A stretch of 64,000 nucleotides of DNA, from NCBI GenBank assembly GCA_963674965.2, contig CAXXFL010000005.1, forward strand, positions 32,001 to 96,000, in the 5' to 3' direction. The first letter of the stretch is position 1. The number at the start of each line of letters is the position of its first letter. The notes below the pieces were generated by a model. It was given only the letters and a program-made list of their open reading frames with translations, did not search any database and was not told where the DNA came from. The position numbers were made by a program, and so were the translations under genes. The DNA comes from a bacterium (GTDB taxonomy: Bacteria; RBG-13-61-14; DATKZS01). Below are positions 1-11,568 of this stretch, one piece after another.

Positions 1-383
1 TAGCGCACCGCGTCCTGCATCTCGGCGAAGACCTCGTCGCGGGACATCTTGAGCTTGTGCTTCAAGTGGATGTCGCTGGTGGCGATAAAGGTGTGGATAC
101 GGGGGTCCTCGCCGTCCTTGACCGCCTCCCAGGCGCGGTCTATGTCCACCTTCTTGGTGCGGCAAAGCCCGGCCACCTGACAGCCGCGTATCTCCTGGGC
201 GATGCGGCTCACGGCCTCGAAGTCTCCCTCCGAGCTGATGGGGAAGCCGGCCTCGATAATGTCCACGCCCAGCTTCTCGAGCTGGCGGGCCACGATCAGC
301 TTTTCCTCGATGTTCATGGTGGCGCCGGGCGACTGCTCGCCGTCGCGCAGGGTGGTGTCGAAAATATATACTCTATCCGTCAT
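1..383 (-). CDS. leuA: 2-isopropylmalate synthase, N-terminal part (runs off the window)
   Basis: Not in the ORF track. Manual translation from ATG at 383 gives [24 protein letters not shown]...[10 protein letters not shown], the DRE-TIM LeuA signature. Confidence 0.93.
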   Translation of the reverse strand, partial: MTDRVYIFDTTLRDGEQSPGATMNIEEKLIVARQLEKLGVDIIEAGFPISSEGDFEAVSRIAQEIRGCQVAGLCRTKKVDIDRAWEAVKDGEDPRIHTFIATSDIHLKHKLKMSRDEVFAEMQDAVR

Positions 384-486
384 GGGTCGATCTCCTTGGT
401 TACACGGACGAACTCGATACTCGAGCCCGTTCCGGCGAAGGGTCCTTATTCTGGACCTTGAGTCATCTCTTCGGGGCCGGGAGGCT

Positions 487-1431
487 TCAGGTCCTGTTTT
501 TCCTCGCCTCCTTCTTGGCCAGCTTGATCCTCTTCTTCGCCAGCTTCCGCTTAAGCCGCCTTTGCTTCTTGGCCTCGCGTCTCGTTTCGCGAAGCTCTTT
601 TTCCCTCCGGCGGAAGATGATCCCGCCCTCGATCAGTCCCATTGAAAGGTACGTAATTCCGATGATGAACAGCGTCTGCTGGGGCCTGGCCATAAGGACC
701 GCTATAAAGGCGGCCACTCCCGCCAGGGGAAGCCAGGGCCCGTGCTTGGTCAGATGAACGTCCTTGAATGTCCTGAATCGAACGTTGGAGACCATCAGGA
801 GCGAAAGCAGGATGACCCAAATAAGCATTCCCCCCCGAATAGCGAAGCTTTCGGGGGGTATGCCTGCTCCTTTCGCCATCACCAAGTCGTGGGTGTACAA
901 CTCGGGATAAATCTCGATGTGCATCAGTACCATTATCAAAATCAATCCGGCGGCCCCGGGGCTTGGCAGGCCCCTGAAGTACCGCTTGGATTCCTCGTCC
1001 GCGGTCAAGGTGTTGAACTTGGCCAGCCGTATGGCCGTGCAGGCCAGGTAAATGAAAGCCGCGGCCCAGCCCAGCCGTCCGAACTCGCTGAGCGCCCAGG
1101 TATAGGTCAGCATGGCGGGGGCGAACCCGAAGGAGATGAGGTCGGAGAGGGAGTCGTACTCGATCCCGAAGGCCGAGGTCCCCTTCACCAGCCGGGCCAC
1201 GCGCCCGTCCATCGAGTCCATAACTCCGGCGATGACTATGGCCCAGGCGGCGTACTCGAAGTTGCCGGCGATGGACATCATGATCGAGAAAAAGCCGAAG
1301 AACATGGCGGACGTGGTGATGGCGTTGGGCAGAAGATGGATGTTCCTCGCCCGCAGCTCCTCGCGCTCGTCCTCGGCCAGTATCTCGAGCGCCACCTCGT
1401 CCATGGGTTTGTTCTCTTCGTTCTCGTTCAT
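487..1431 (-). CDS. pssA: CDP-diacylglycerol--serine O-phosphatidyltransferase
   Basis: CDP-alcohol phosphotransferase motif D..DGRVAR...SAFG..YDSLSD; LPNAIT start motif; adjacent to psd. Confidence 0.92.
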   Translation of the reverse strand: MNENEENKPMDEVALEILAEDEREELRARNIHLLPNAITTSAMFFGFFSIMMSIAGNFEYAAWAIVIAGVMDSMDGRVARLVKGTSAFGIEYDSLSDLISFGFAPAMLTYTWALSEFGRLGWAAAFIYLACTAIRLAKFNTLTADEESKRYFRGLPSPGAAGLILIMVLMHIEIYPELYTHDLVMAKGAGIPPESFAIRGGMLIWVILLSLLMVSNVRFRTFKDVHLTKHGPWLPLAGVAAFIAVLMARPQQTLFIIGITYLSMGLIEGGIIFRRREKELRETRREAKKQRRLKRKLAKKRIKLAKKEARKNRT

Positions 1432-2072
1432 TTGAGCCTGCCTAAGACCGATTCCCCGGCCGTTACGCGGTCGCCCGGTACCACCACCACCTGGGCCTCG
1501 GGAGGAAGATAGACGTCGAGCCTGGAGCCGAACTTGATCAGCCCCATCCGCTGTCCGATCTCGACCTCCTTGCCCGCCCGAACGTAGCTCACTATCCTTC
1601 TCGCGATGAAGCCGGCCACCTGGACGAACATGTAAATCCTGCCCTTTTCGTCCCTGACCACCACCGCGTTCTGCTCGTTGTCCACGCTGGCCTTGTCGAG
1701 GCTGGCGTTAAAAAACTTTCCCTTGCTATAGATGGCGTCGACCACCACGCCCGTCCGGGGAACGCGGTTCACGTGCACGTCCATGGGGGACATGAAAATC
1801 TCGATTTTCCTCATCTCCCGGAAAAGGTATCGATCTTCATGGACCGCCTTTACCGCCAGGACCCTTCCGTCGGCCGGACTGACGTATATGTCGTCGCCGG
1901 GCGGCGTCTTCCTTTCCGGGTTCCTGAAAAACCAGGCGGAAAAGGCCGCCAACAGCCCGAGGGGAAGTGAAATCCACCATTTTCCCAGGGGCAGGGTGGC
2001 CATGAAAAGGATCGCGGAGGAAAACACCCAAGGGTGTCCCTCTTTGGCAAAAACCATGTCGCGATTCATCAT
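1428..2072 (-). CDS. psd: Phosphatidylserine decarboxylase proenzyme
   Basis: FFRNPER, SPADG, IFMSP.DVHVNR and KFGSRLD (self-cleavage motif); 4 bp overlap with pssA. Confidence 0.93.
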   Translation of the reverse strand: MMNRDMVFAKEGHPWVFSSAILFMATLPLGKWWISLPLGLLAAFSAWFFRNPERKTPPGDDIYVSPADGRVLAVKAVHEDRYLFREMRKIEIFMSPMDVHVNRVPRTGVVVDAIYSKGKFFNASLDKASVDNEQNAVVVRDEKGRIYMFVQVAGFIARRIVSYVRAGKEVEIGQRMGLIKFGSRLDVYLPPEAQVVVVPGDRVTAGESVLGRLK

Positions 2073-2211
2073 GATCTCGATCCCTTTCCTTTAGCGGTCC
2101 CGCCGCCGGAGGGCGGCATCTCCCCCTGAAAATAACTTATTATCGCCTCATGGCGCAAGGCGTCCGATTTTTTTGACCCCGTCCCCGCCGGGAGGTTTCT
2201 TTTTCCGTTCC

Positions 2212-3225
<1,014 letters not shown>

Positions 3226-3383
3226 GAACGAATCCTCCGATATTATTATATAAGCTATTATATCTGGATACGTCCTTATTACCAACTCCCTTTACGGGCG
3301 TGGGAGGTTTCGGGAAGCCTTCGGCGCCTTGCCTTGCATACCTTTAATAAAGGCAAGGGTAATGATACAATCCATATTCAATC

Positions 3384-4484
3384 ATGAGTTCTTTCCAGAT
3401 AGACCGCAGGTCCATATCCAACTTTGACTGGTGGCTGCTTTTCGTCGCCTTGGCGATAAATATTATCGGGGTTGTCAACCTTGCCAGCGCGGCGGAGGGC
3501 GGGGCATGGAAGACCCAGCTTATCCGGTTCGGGGTCGCCTTGATACTTGGGGCCTTAAGTCTGGGCATAGACTACAAATCCTTCGAGAAAATGGCCCCCC
3601 TTATTTACGGGTTTTGTTTTATTCTGCTGGTGGGCGTTTTGTTTTTCGGCAGGACCGTTAACGGGGCCACCAGTTGGTACGACTTTAAAATTATGCGCCT
3701 TCAGCCCTCGGAGCTTATGAAGCTGGCCCTGATTATCATTATCGCCCGGGTCTATCACAGGGACGTGGAGGAAAAGCCCTGGGGAATAAGACAACTGGCG
3801 TGGCCCTCCGCGCTGGTCATCGCGCCGGTTATCGTGGTCCTGCTCGAGCCCGACGCCGGCACGGCCTTGATAATGCTCCTTGTCTGCTCGACCATGTTCG
3901 TATTCGCGGGCGTGAAAAAGAAGATTCTCGTCTTTGCTTTCCTTGTTTTTATCGCGTTCGCGGCCTCCTATCCCATTTGGAAAAAAGCCCTGCCCCCTCA
4001 CCAGCAGGCCCGCATCAACGTCTGGATATATCCTAACAAGGACCCCAACGGGGCCGGCTACAACGTGCTCCAGTCCAAGATAGCCGTGGGATCGGGAGGG
4101 ATGTTCGGAAAAGGCTTCAAACACGGAAGCGTGCATATGCTGAGGTTTTTGCCCGAGCAGCAGACGGACTTCGTTTTCAGCGTATGGGCCGAGGAATGGG
4201 GCTTCTTCTGGGTCCTGGTGGCTCTGACTCTTTATTGCCTCCTCGTGGTGCGAGGATTGCAAGCCGCCCAACAGGCAAAGGACAAGTTTGGAGTGATGCT
4301 GGCCTTCGGCTGTTCGGCCTTGATTTTCTGGCATGCCTTTATTAACGTGGGCATGGTGGTGGGAGTGACGCCCGTCATTGGCGTGCCCCTTGCCTTTATG
4401 TCCTATGGCGGATCGAACCTTTTGGCCTTCATGCTCGCCGCGGCGATTATTTTGAACGTGAGGATGCGTAAGTATTTTTTCTGA
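3384..4484 (+). CDS. rodA: Rod shape-determining SEDS glycosyltransferase RodA
   Basis: LQPSELMK, EPDAGT, GYNVLQSKIAVGSGG, LPEQQTDFVF, SYGGS; multiple TM segments. Confidence 0.92.
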   Translation: MSSFQIDRRSISNFDWWLLFVALAINIIGVVNLASAAEGGAWKTQLIRFGVALILGALSLGIDYKSFEKMAPLIYGFCFILLVGVLFFGRTVNGATSWYDFKIMRLQPSELMKLALIIIIARVYHRDVEEKPWGIRQLAWPSALVIAPVIVVLLEPDAGTALIMLLVCSTMFVFAGVKKKILVFAFLVFIAFAASYPIWKKALPPHQQARINVWIYPNKDPNGAGYNVLQSKIAVGSGGMFGKGFKHGSVHMLRFLPEQQTDFVFSVWAEEWGFFWVLVALTLYCLLVVRGLQAAQQAKDKFGVMLAFGCSALIFWHAFINVGMVVGVTPVIGVPLAFMSYGGSNLLAFMLAAAIILNVRMRKYFF

Positions 4485-4500
4485 TTGCTTTTTTATCCGA

Positions 4501-4968
4501 CTATTTTGCTCCGTGAGATCGCAAAAATTCCACCATTTCCATGTCTTCGTTCAGTTCGGCCGAGCGGATGGGCGTTATGCCGACCTCGTCGGCCACGTTA
4601 GCGTCGGCGCCCCCCTGGATTAACAGGCTCGCCACCTCGACGCTTCCCGTCACGGCGGCCCAGTGAAGAGGCGTCTCGCCCTCGTTGTTCTTGCAGTTCA
4701 GGTCGGCTCCACGCCTCAGCATGGTCAGTACAACCTGCATGTTGCCGGCCAAAACGGCCCATAAAAGGGGGGTATTGCCGTCCTCGTCGCGCGCGTTGAC
4801 GTCGGCCCCCTGCTCGATCAGCATGGTGCAGGTCGCCGTGTCGCATTCCCCGGCGGCCTCCTCGATGAGTAGCTTGTCCCTTTTTTCGGACCCCGTCGTG
4901 CGTTCCTTGGATATGTTCAAGCCATTTCTTCCTTCATCCATTATCACACCCGCTTTCATAAGCGTCAT
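4501..4968 (-). CDS. Ankyrin repeat protein
   Basis: Three to four repeats of type GADVNARDEDGNTPLLWA and GETPLHWAA. Start uncertain. Confidence 0.88.
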   Translation of the reverse strand: MTLMKAGVIMDEGRNGLNISKERTTGSEKRDKLLIEEAAGECDTATCTMLIEQGADVNARDEDGNTPLLWAVLAGNMQVVLTMLRRGADLNCKNNEGETPLHWAAVTGSVEVASLLIQGGADANVADEVGITPIRSAELNEDMEMVEFLRSHGAK

Positions 4969-5007
4969 GAAGCCACCCGGCGGCGCGAGCGGACTTGTCT
5001 GGGCGCT

Positions 5008-5382
5008 TTAAGAATCTCTCGACTCGAGAAGCTCCCTAATCCTGGCGCGCAACTCCTCGGGCCTGAACGGTTTAAGCATGTAACCGTCGCCCCCCTTCAT
5101 TTCCCCCATTTTCTTGGAAGGCAAGCTGTCCCGAGCGGTCAGGAAAAGAACGGCGATACGACTGGTCTCGGGATTACCTTTAACTTCCTCGCAAACGGCG
5201 TATCCCCACTTATCGGGCATCATCAGATCCAGGACGATAAGGTCGGGCCCGAAACTATTAACCTTTTCCATCGCCTCCATGCCGTTGTTGGCCTTGGCCA
5301 ACTCGTATCCCTCCTTGGCGAGGCTGTCCTCGATCAGGTCTCTTATGACTTCCTCGTCGTCGACTATCAGAACCTTATACAA
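5008..5382 (-). CDS. Single-domain response regulator (receiver only)
   Basis: KVLIVDD...DLIVLDLMMP...FLTA...KPF. Likely TTG start at 5382 with GGAGG upstream. Confidence 0.9.
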   Translation of the reverse strand: MYKVLIVDDEEVIRDLIEDSLAKEGYELAKANNGMEAMEKVNSFGPDLIVLDLMMPDKWGYAVCEEVKGNPETSRIAVLFLTARDSLPSKKMGEMKGGDGYMLKPFRPEELRARIRELLESRDS

Positions 5383-5842
5383 ATGAAATACCTCCCATGC
5401 GCTTTTTCGCCTATCTTCACGCGCCAAGTCGCCGGAACTCCCGCCCTTTTGTCCCGGTTACTCCCACTCGCCTTTAAATAAAAGACGATGGATTGTATTA
5501 TTTTATTCCTTCCAGGTTTGCGGCTTCCCCGGATAATGAGGAGCGGCCTCCATTATGGATGGGCGGGACGTCTCGGTCCCCGGCGATGAAGAGATAAGCA
5601 GGTTGCAGTCAATTGTCCGGCCATGGTTTTCAAGCCGAACCGAATTGGGTCTCCGCCGCCTTTAATACCATTTTAACCTTAGCGAGTAAAATATGCCAGT
5701 GTAAATTCATACTTTTACAAAATTGTTCGAAATTCCAGGTTTCAAGGATGGCCGAATATAATAAACTTGTAGAGCTTGATCTCATCGGATAGATTGGTCC
5801 TTACCGCCGGTACCCATCCGGCCATTAGAAAATGGAGGAAAA

Positions 5843-7180
5843 ATGAAAGACTACCGCAAGATGAGCTTTTGGTTGGAATCCAGTCCTTATGGGGAGAACG
5901 GCCCATTAATTGGAGAGGCCAAGGCGGACGTGACCATAGTGGGCGGCGGGTTCACGGGTCTTTCCAGCGCCTATTACGTCAAGGAGGCCCACCCCGAGCT
6001 CGAGGTCGTTCTTCTCGAGGCCGAGGTCGTCGGATACGGGGCCTCGGGCCGGAACGGCGGCTTTTCCATGCCCCTCATGGGATGGGACATCACGTACCTC
6101 GTCTACCTTTTCAAGGAAAAAGGAATCAAGGCCCACCATTACATGCTGGGTTGCGTCAGGCGCCTCAAGGAGTTGGTGGAAAAGGAGAAGATCGACTGCG
6201 ACCTCGAGTATAACGGACTCATGGTCCTGGCCATGAACGACTTCCAGATGAGGCAGCTCGAGAGCAACGCGCGCTACTTCGAGAAGGCCGGCTGCCATGA
6301 CGTCGAGCTTTTGACGGGAGACGACTTCAAGGCGCGGCTGAACTCGGCGTGGCACGTGGGAGCGCTTTACGAGCCTGACACGGCCATATTGAATCCCGCC
6401 AAGCTGGCCCGCGAGATGAAGCGCGTGATCGAGTCCAGGGGAGTCAAGGTATACGAGCGCTCGCCGGTCCATAAAATTACGCCGGGCAAGAAAGTGATCA
6501 TCGAGACGGAAAAGGGCAAGGTCGTATCCGACCGCGCCGTGCTGGGGCTAAACGCCTTCGGGCAGCGGCTGCGAATAAGGCCGTACACCTACGTACCCAT
6601 GTACACGTATATTGTTTTGACCGAGCCATTATCGGACTCTCTTTACAAGGAGGTCGGCTGGACCGGGCGGGAGGGAATCGAGGACAAGCGTCAGCTGGTG
6701 CATTACATGCGGCCCACGGCGGACAACAGGATACTCCTGGGCGGCCGCGACGCTCCCTATTACTTCGGCAACAAAACCGAGGGCAAGCAGAGCCATAAAA
6801 AGATTTTCGAGGGACTCGAGTCCGACCTGAAAGGCATGTTCCCCTGCCTTAAGGACGCGAAAATCACCCACCGGTGGGGCGGGCCGGTGGCCATAACCCT
6901 GGCCTTCGTGCCCATGTTCGGCCATTACAAGGGTCACGAGAACATAACCTATGGGATGGGCTATTGCGGACACGGCGTGGCCCTTTCGACCTCGGCCGGA
7001 CTGATCACGCGGGAGCTTCTGTTCAACCCCGGCTCGTCCGAGCTGGATGAGCTCCTCTTCGTTCACAACACGCCAGGACTCATCCCGCCCGAGCCGTTCA
7101 GATACCCATTGGTAACGGGGATCAAGGAGGCCATGGCGCTATTCGACAAGTGGGTGGAAAGGAACGCGGGATCGAGCTGA
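5843..7180 (+). CDS. FAD-dependent oxidoreductase (DadA/PuuB-like, DAO family)
   Basis: IVGGGFTGLS, GASGRNGG, GYCGHGV; GGAGG RBS. Confidence 0.88.
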   Translation: MKDYRKMSFWLESSPYGENGPLIGEAKADVTIVGGGFTGLSSAYYVKEAHPELEVVLLEAEVVGYGASGRNGGFSMPLMGWDITYLVYLFKEKGIKAHHYMLGCVRRLKELVEKEKIDCDLEYNGLMVLAMNDFQMRQLESNARYFEKAGCHDVELLTGDDFKARLNSAWHVGALYEPDTAILNPAKLAREMKRVIESRGVKVYERSPVHKITPGKKVIIETEKGKVVSDRAVLGLNAFGQRLRIRPYTYVPMYTYIVLTEPLSDSLYKEVGWTGREGIEDKRQLVHYMRPTADNRILLGGRDAPYYFGNKTEGKQSHKKIFEGLESDLKGMFPCLKDAKITHRWGGPVAITLAFVPMFGHYKGHENITYGMGYCGHGVALSTSAGLITRELLFNPGSSELDELLFVHNTPGLIPPEPFRYPLVTGIKEAMALFDKWVERNAGSS

Positions 7181-7287
7181 CGCCGTTCCCCCCATTTGCG
7201 GACGCCGTTCTTTGACCTTAAGATATGATGACGGGGAGTCGCGGAATTGACGCCTCTCCCCGTAATTCTTTTATTGGAGTCCGTCCC

Positions 7288-9570
7288 ATGGCCAAAGATC
7301 AAGGCGTCCGGCTGGAAGGCGAAAAAATCGAGGTTATAGTCGACCAGAGCGGTCCGTCCATCACGGCGGGCAGGAAGGATGGCGGTATAACCTTCGGTCC
7401 TCTCGGGGCCTGGGCCGCCATCAGGACGGCCGACTCGGCTTATAGCGTCTCGACCTCGCTCGTTCCCGGATGGAAAATCGAAAGCGCCGAGATCGAGACG
7501 CCCCTTGGCGCCTTTCCGGGAGTACGCCTCGAGGCCTCCGGCGTCCATGGCCTTCCCGTGTCCGCGCTCTGGGAGGTCGCCATTTGCGGGGACGAGGAAG
7601 TCCTGGCCAGGCTGACCCTAACCAACGCGGGCGACGAGACCTTGCAAATAAACGAGACCTCGCCCCTTGCTTTTCGGGGCGCCGACCCCGCCCTGGACAT
7701 GGGCGCGGGTTACGTGGGATGGCGCTTCTATCGGACCGGGTATCAATCCTGGACCCCCGCCGGCTCGATAGGGGTAATGGACGAGGATTACAAGCCCAGG
7801 TTCTTCCTTCCCTCCCGGAGCGGGACCAACTCGAGGACGCCCTATTCGAGAGTTCCCGGGCTCAAGACCAGCGACTGGATGGGCCAGTTGGTCGAGCCCA
7901 AGCTGGGACTCGGCGCGCTTCTCGGTTTCATCACCTCCGATCGCATGAACGGACGGGTCGAGTTCGAGGTCAAGTACGACCGGTTCCGGCGCCTCGAGGC
8001 CATAGCCGACGGCGAGGGAATCCCCCTCGATCCCGGCGAGACCCTGGAGACCGAATGGGCCATTTTGTCCCTCTCGGACGACCCGTCCGCGCAACAGGAG
8101 AAATATTTCAAGACCTGGGGAAGGGCCATGAAGGCCCGCGAGTCCAAGCCCCTCTCGGGCTGGTGCTCCTGGTATTTCGCTTTTTGGAACGTCCATGAAA
8201 GTCACGTCAACTCGAGTCTTTTCAAGCTGGCCTCCATCAAGGACAAGCTGGACGTTATTCAGATAGACGACGGGTATCAGCCCTGGATCGGGCATTGGAC
8301 CGAGTGGAACGACAAGTTCCCGTCCGGACCCGCCGAGCTGGCGCGTCGGATCAAGGACGCCGGCTTCAAGCCGGGTCTTTGGCTGGCGCCCTTTTTCGTG
8401 TCCCGCGGCGCGCCGATATACGGGAAGCATCGCGACTGGGTGGTCCGCGACAAAAAGGGCAAACCGGTCATCGCCTTCATCCATCCCAAGTGGAAGGGCA
8501 AGGTCATATATCCTCTGGACCTTACTCATCCGGGCGTTCAGAAGCACGTGGGAGATTTCATCCGGACGCTTGTGGGCTATGGTTTCGAGTACCTCAAGCT
8601 TGATTTCCTCTACGGGGCGGCGCTTCCCGGCAAGCGCCACGACCCCAGGGCCACGGGCGCCATGGCGCTACGCAAGGGTCTCGAGGTTATCAGGGAAGCC
8701 GCGGGCGAGGAGACGTACATCCTGGGCTGCGGCTGTCCTCTTGGCCCCGCCGTTGGCCTGGTCGACTCGATGCGGGTGAGCCAGGACGTGGATATCCATT
8801 GGAAGATTCCTCTCATGGACTGGGCCATGGGTATACCGACCGGACCCGGCGCGGGCAACTGCCTGCGTAACAATCTAAACCGCGCCCTCATGCACGGCGG
8901 ACTCTGGGCCAACGACCCCGACTGCGTTATCGCCAGGGACGAGCGCCTTGGCCTTAAGGAGCACGAGATTCAAAGCGAGCTTACGGTATTTTATCTGACC
9001 GGCGGCGCGGCTTTTCTCTCGGAGGACGCCTCCCTTTTGCCCGCCGACAGGATGGAATGGTTCGAGCGCATGCTGCCGCCCTCCAACCGGGCGGCCAGGG
9101 TCCTGGACCTCTTCGAGAAGGACTTCCCCGAGACGCTCGTTTTAAGCGGAGACGGCCAAGAGAGCGCGCTGGTGGGCCTTTTTAACTGGTCCGGCGAGAC
9201 CAGGCGAATGAAGCTGGACCTGAAGGCCCTCGGCCTCTCCGGGGCCTGGCACGTTTTCGATTACTGGGCCAAGCGCGGACTGGGCGCGGCGTCCTCGACG
9301 CTGGACCTGGGCGAAGCGCGGCCGCGTGGGTGCAGGTACCTCAGACTGGTCAAGGCCGACGGCAAACCCAGACTGCTGGCCACCGACGTCCATATGGGCA
9401 TGGGCGAGGTGGGCGTTTCGTCGGGACCGGGCGAGGCGGGGCTGTCGATAAAGATCGAGCTTCCCGGGAAAAGGCGGGGCAAGGTCTGGGCCGTTTTTCC
9501 CGGAGGCAAGGTCAAGACGATCGACGTGGAATTCAGCGGCGCCTGGGAGGGCACGATAGGACCCGAATGA
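7288..9570 (+). CDS. Alpha-galactosidase-like glycoside hydrolase (GH36)
   Basis: GWCSWY, IQIDDGYQ, KPGLWLAPF, YLKLDFL, W.NDPDC. Start likely MAKDQ at 7288 (GGAG upstream). Confidence 0.85.
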   Translation: MAKDQGVRLEGEKIEVIVDQSGPSITAGRKDGGITFGPLGAWAAIRTADSAYSVSTSLVPGWKIESAEIETPLGAFPGVRLEASGVHGLPVSALWEVAICGDEEVLARLTLTNAGDETLQINETSPLAFRGADPALDMGAGYVGWRFYRTGYQSWTPAGSIGVMDEDYKPRFFLPSRSGTNSRTPYSRVPGLKTSDWMGQLVEPKLGLGALLGFITSDRMNGRVEFEVKYDRFRRLEAIADGEGIPLDPGETLETEWAILSLSDDPSAQQEKYFKTWGRAMKARESKPLSGWCSWYFAFWNVHESHVNSSLFKLASIKDKLDVIQIDDGYQPWIGHWTEWNDKFPSGPAELARRIKDAGFKPGLWLAPFFVSRGAPIYGKHRDWVVRDKKGKPVIAFIHPKWKGKVIYPLDLTHPGVQKHVGDFIRTLVGYGFEYLKLDFLYGAALPGKRHDPRATGAMALRKGLEVIREAAGEETYILGCGCPLGPAVGLVDSMRVSQDVDIHWKIPLMDWAMGIPTGPGAGNCLRNNLNRALMHGGLWANDPDCVIARDERLGLKEHEIQSELTVFYLTGGAAFLSEDASLLPADRMEWFERMLPPSNRAARVLDLFEKDFPETLVLSGDGQESALVGLFNWSGETRRMKLDLKALGLSGAWHVFDYWAKRGLGAASSTLDLGEARPRGCRYLRLVKADGKPRLLATDVHMGMGEVGVSSGPGEAGLSIKIELPGKRRGKVWAVFPGGKVKTIDVEFSGAWEGTIGPE

Positions 9571-9593
9571 AAAATTCTGGCCCACTAACGATG

Positions 9594-9624
9594 AAGCCCG
9601 CGTTTTCGGACGCGGGCTTTTTAT
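9594..9624. terminator. Rho-independent terminator, probably bidirectional
   Basis: AAGCCCGCGT stem pairing with ACGCGGGCTT, followed by a T-run; lies between convergent genes. Confidence 0.75.
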
Positions 9625-9639
9625 CGAGCCGGGGCCGTT

Positions 9640-10638
9640 TAGAGCACTTCACGTTTGTAATGTCGTATAACCGCACGAAAAAAAATAGCCCTTAGCATCG
9701 CTGGCCGTAATGGAAGATAATGCCTCGCTTATTGCCGCGATTAATCGAGGATGCGTTCGCGCCTTGGCGGAGCGTAAATGATTCTTCACCTTGCTCCACA
9801 TCTTTTCGATCGGATTGAAATCGGGACTGTACGGAGGCAGGAACACCAAGCGGGCGCCGAGGGCCTCGATAATCTCCCGACTTTGGGCGTCCTTGTGCAC
9901 CGAGAGATTATCGGCGACCACCACGTCGCCCGGCCGCAAGGTCGGGCCAAGGATGTGCCTGACGTAAGACCGAAAAACCTCACGGTTCGCGGAACCCTCG
10001 ATCGCCATGCAACTCACCTGCCCGTCAAAACGAATCGAGCCGATCATCGTCGTGGTATGCCAATGACCATGGGGGGCGTGATCACGGACTCTCTGGCCCC
10101 GGCGGCCCCGCCCGCGGTGGCGGGTCATGTTGGTCTTGGCGCCAGACTCGTCGATGAATACCAGCCGCCGAGCATCGCCGAGCATCGGACCCGCGCTCCA
10201 CTCCAGGCGGGAATGGATCACGTCAGGCCGGTTTTGTTCGCTGGCCGAAAGCGTTTTTTTTTAGGCTGTACCCCAAGCGCGCAACGGCGCGCTGCACCGC
10301 CATGAGGGAACACGACTTGCCCGTGAGTTCGCGCAACTCATCAAGAGTCGCGTCCGGGTGGCGAGCAATAAGGCCGTCCAAACGCTTAAGGTCGGCGCCG
10401 CGATAAACGGCGGCGCGGTGGCCACGTTTACCCGGCTCGGTCGAGCCATGTTCCCGGTACTGCTTGAGCCAGCGTTGAAAGGTGCGCGTACTGACCCGAA
10501 AGATGGCGGCGACCTCCAATTGCGTGTAATCGCCGGTCTGATAGGCGGCAAGCGCCCGCTCGCGAATCTCTGAAGATGATATTCCCATGACAAGAGAATA
10601 CCACAATCAATACGTCATGTCAATCGTTAAGTGCTCTA
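9640..10638 (-). mobile_element. IS630-family insertion sequence (~1 kb) with TA target duplication
   Basis: Terminal inverted repeats including the TA: TAGAGCACTTCACGTTTGTAATGTCGTAT vs TAGAGCACTTAACGATTGACATGACGTAT (24/29). Encloses HTH and DDE ORFs. Confidence 0.93.
9649..10588 (-). CDS. IS630 transposase split over two frames (HTH ORF 10588-10223; DDE ORF ending 9649), joined at an A9 run
   Basis: DDE motifs VFIDESG, VVADNLSVH, SPDFNPIE. A9 tract at 10254-10262 in 'SLKK'. Confidence 0.88.
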
Positions 10639-11424
10639 GCCGGGTAGTTGCAGGAAGACCTTTATCTCGGTGTTTCCCACCTTGATAACGTCCCCGTGGG
10701 TCAAGTTGGAAACGGATATCCAGCGGCCGTTCAAAAAGGTCCCGTTCATGGACCGCATGTCCTTGATGATAACTCTTTCAGGAGACATGAACTCGATCGA
10801 GGCGTGGTTCCGCGAGACGTTCATGTCCGTAAGGTCCACGTCCGCGTTTTCTCCTCTCCCTATGATCGTTCCTCTTTTTCTGAGCACGAATTTAAGGCCC
10901 GCGTCCAGTCCCACCGTGACCTGAAGCCCGGCCTTGGCGCCCGGAGGCGCGGGGCCGTCAAGCGGGTTTTTGCCGGCCCTGTCCTGCATGGGGTTGGTGT
11001 CTCCCCCCGAGGAGACGCCCTGTTTGGGCGCGGAATCGACCATGCCCAGGTCGGCCCAACTGGCGCTGGCCGCCGTCTGCCGAATCTCGACCCTGATAAC
11101 GGTCGAGCCCAGGGTCACCTCGTCGTTGTTGTTCAGGAAGGCCTCCCAGACCTGGCCGCCGTTGAGCAGGGTCCCGTTGGTGCTGTTCATGTCGCGAACG
11201 AACAGCCGGCCGTCCTCGAAGCCTATCATGACGTGTTCCTTCGAGATGGCCGTGTCGTTGATCACGATGTCTCCGCTTGACCTGCCCAGGACCGTCTGCC
11301 GCTTGTAGAGCTTCTCCACCTTTCCCTGCAGCGGCCCGGAGAGGAAGGTAAGCTGCACCAGGAGTCCGGGCGGAAGAGGCCCGCCCTCGTCGAAATCGGT
11401 CCGTATAATAGTTTTGTCGCCCAT
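10636..11424 (-). CDS. Protein with two FHA domains
   Basis: Two sets of GR...SxxH...NGT motifs (LGRSS/ISKEH/STNGT and IGRGE/VSRNH/SMNGT). Confidence 0.88.
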   Translation of the reverse strand: MGDKTIIRTDFDEGGPLPPGLLVQLTFLSGPLQGKVEKLYKRQTVLGRSSGDIVINDTAISKEHVMIGFEDGRLFVRDMNSTNGTLLNGGQVWEAFLNNNDEVTLGSTVIRVEIRQTAASASWADLGMVDSAPKQGVSSGGDTNPMQDRAGKNPLDGPAPPGAKAGLQVTVGLDAGLKFVLRKRGTIIGRGENADVDLTDMNVSRNHASIEFMSPERVIIKDMRSMNGTFLNGRWISVSNLTHGDVIKVGNTEIKVFLQLPG

Positions 11425-11568
11425 CTATGAAGCCTCGATCCCCGCTTTGGAGGTATGAAAAATCTCGTTCTTATCGCTGAAAATAGTTTATAACGATCTG
11501 AAAGTCAAGGCAAAAAATCTAATCGGTTAAATGGGAAGGGAAGTCGCGCCCCGGGGAGCGAAGATATC

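Noticed and set aside
3226-3285. Ile-rich in-frame extension upstream of ilvC (six ATA codons) as an attenuator leader
   Set aside because: The candidate Shine-Dalgarno abuts the TTG with no spacing, there is no separate stop or terminator, and the ATA codons are explained by two TATTATAT repeats containing TATAAT boxes.
5428-5842. Long intergenic region as an ncRNA, riboswitch or sigma54 promoter
   Set aside because: Only a weak hairpin is present, and TGGCA lacks GC at the -12 spacing. An Rfam covariance search would be needed.
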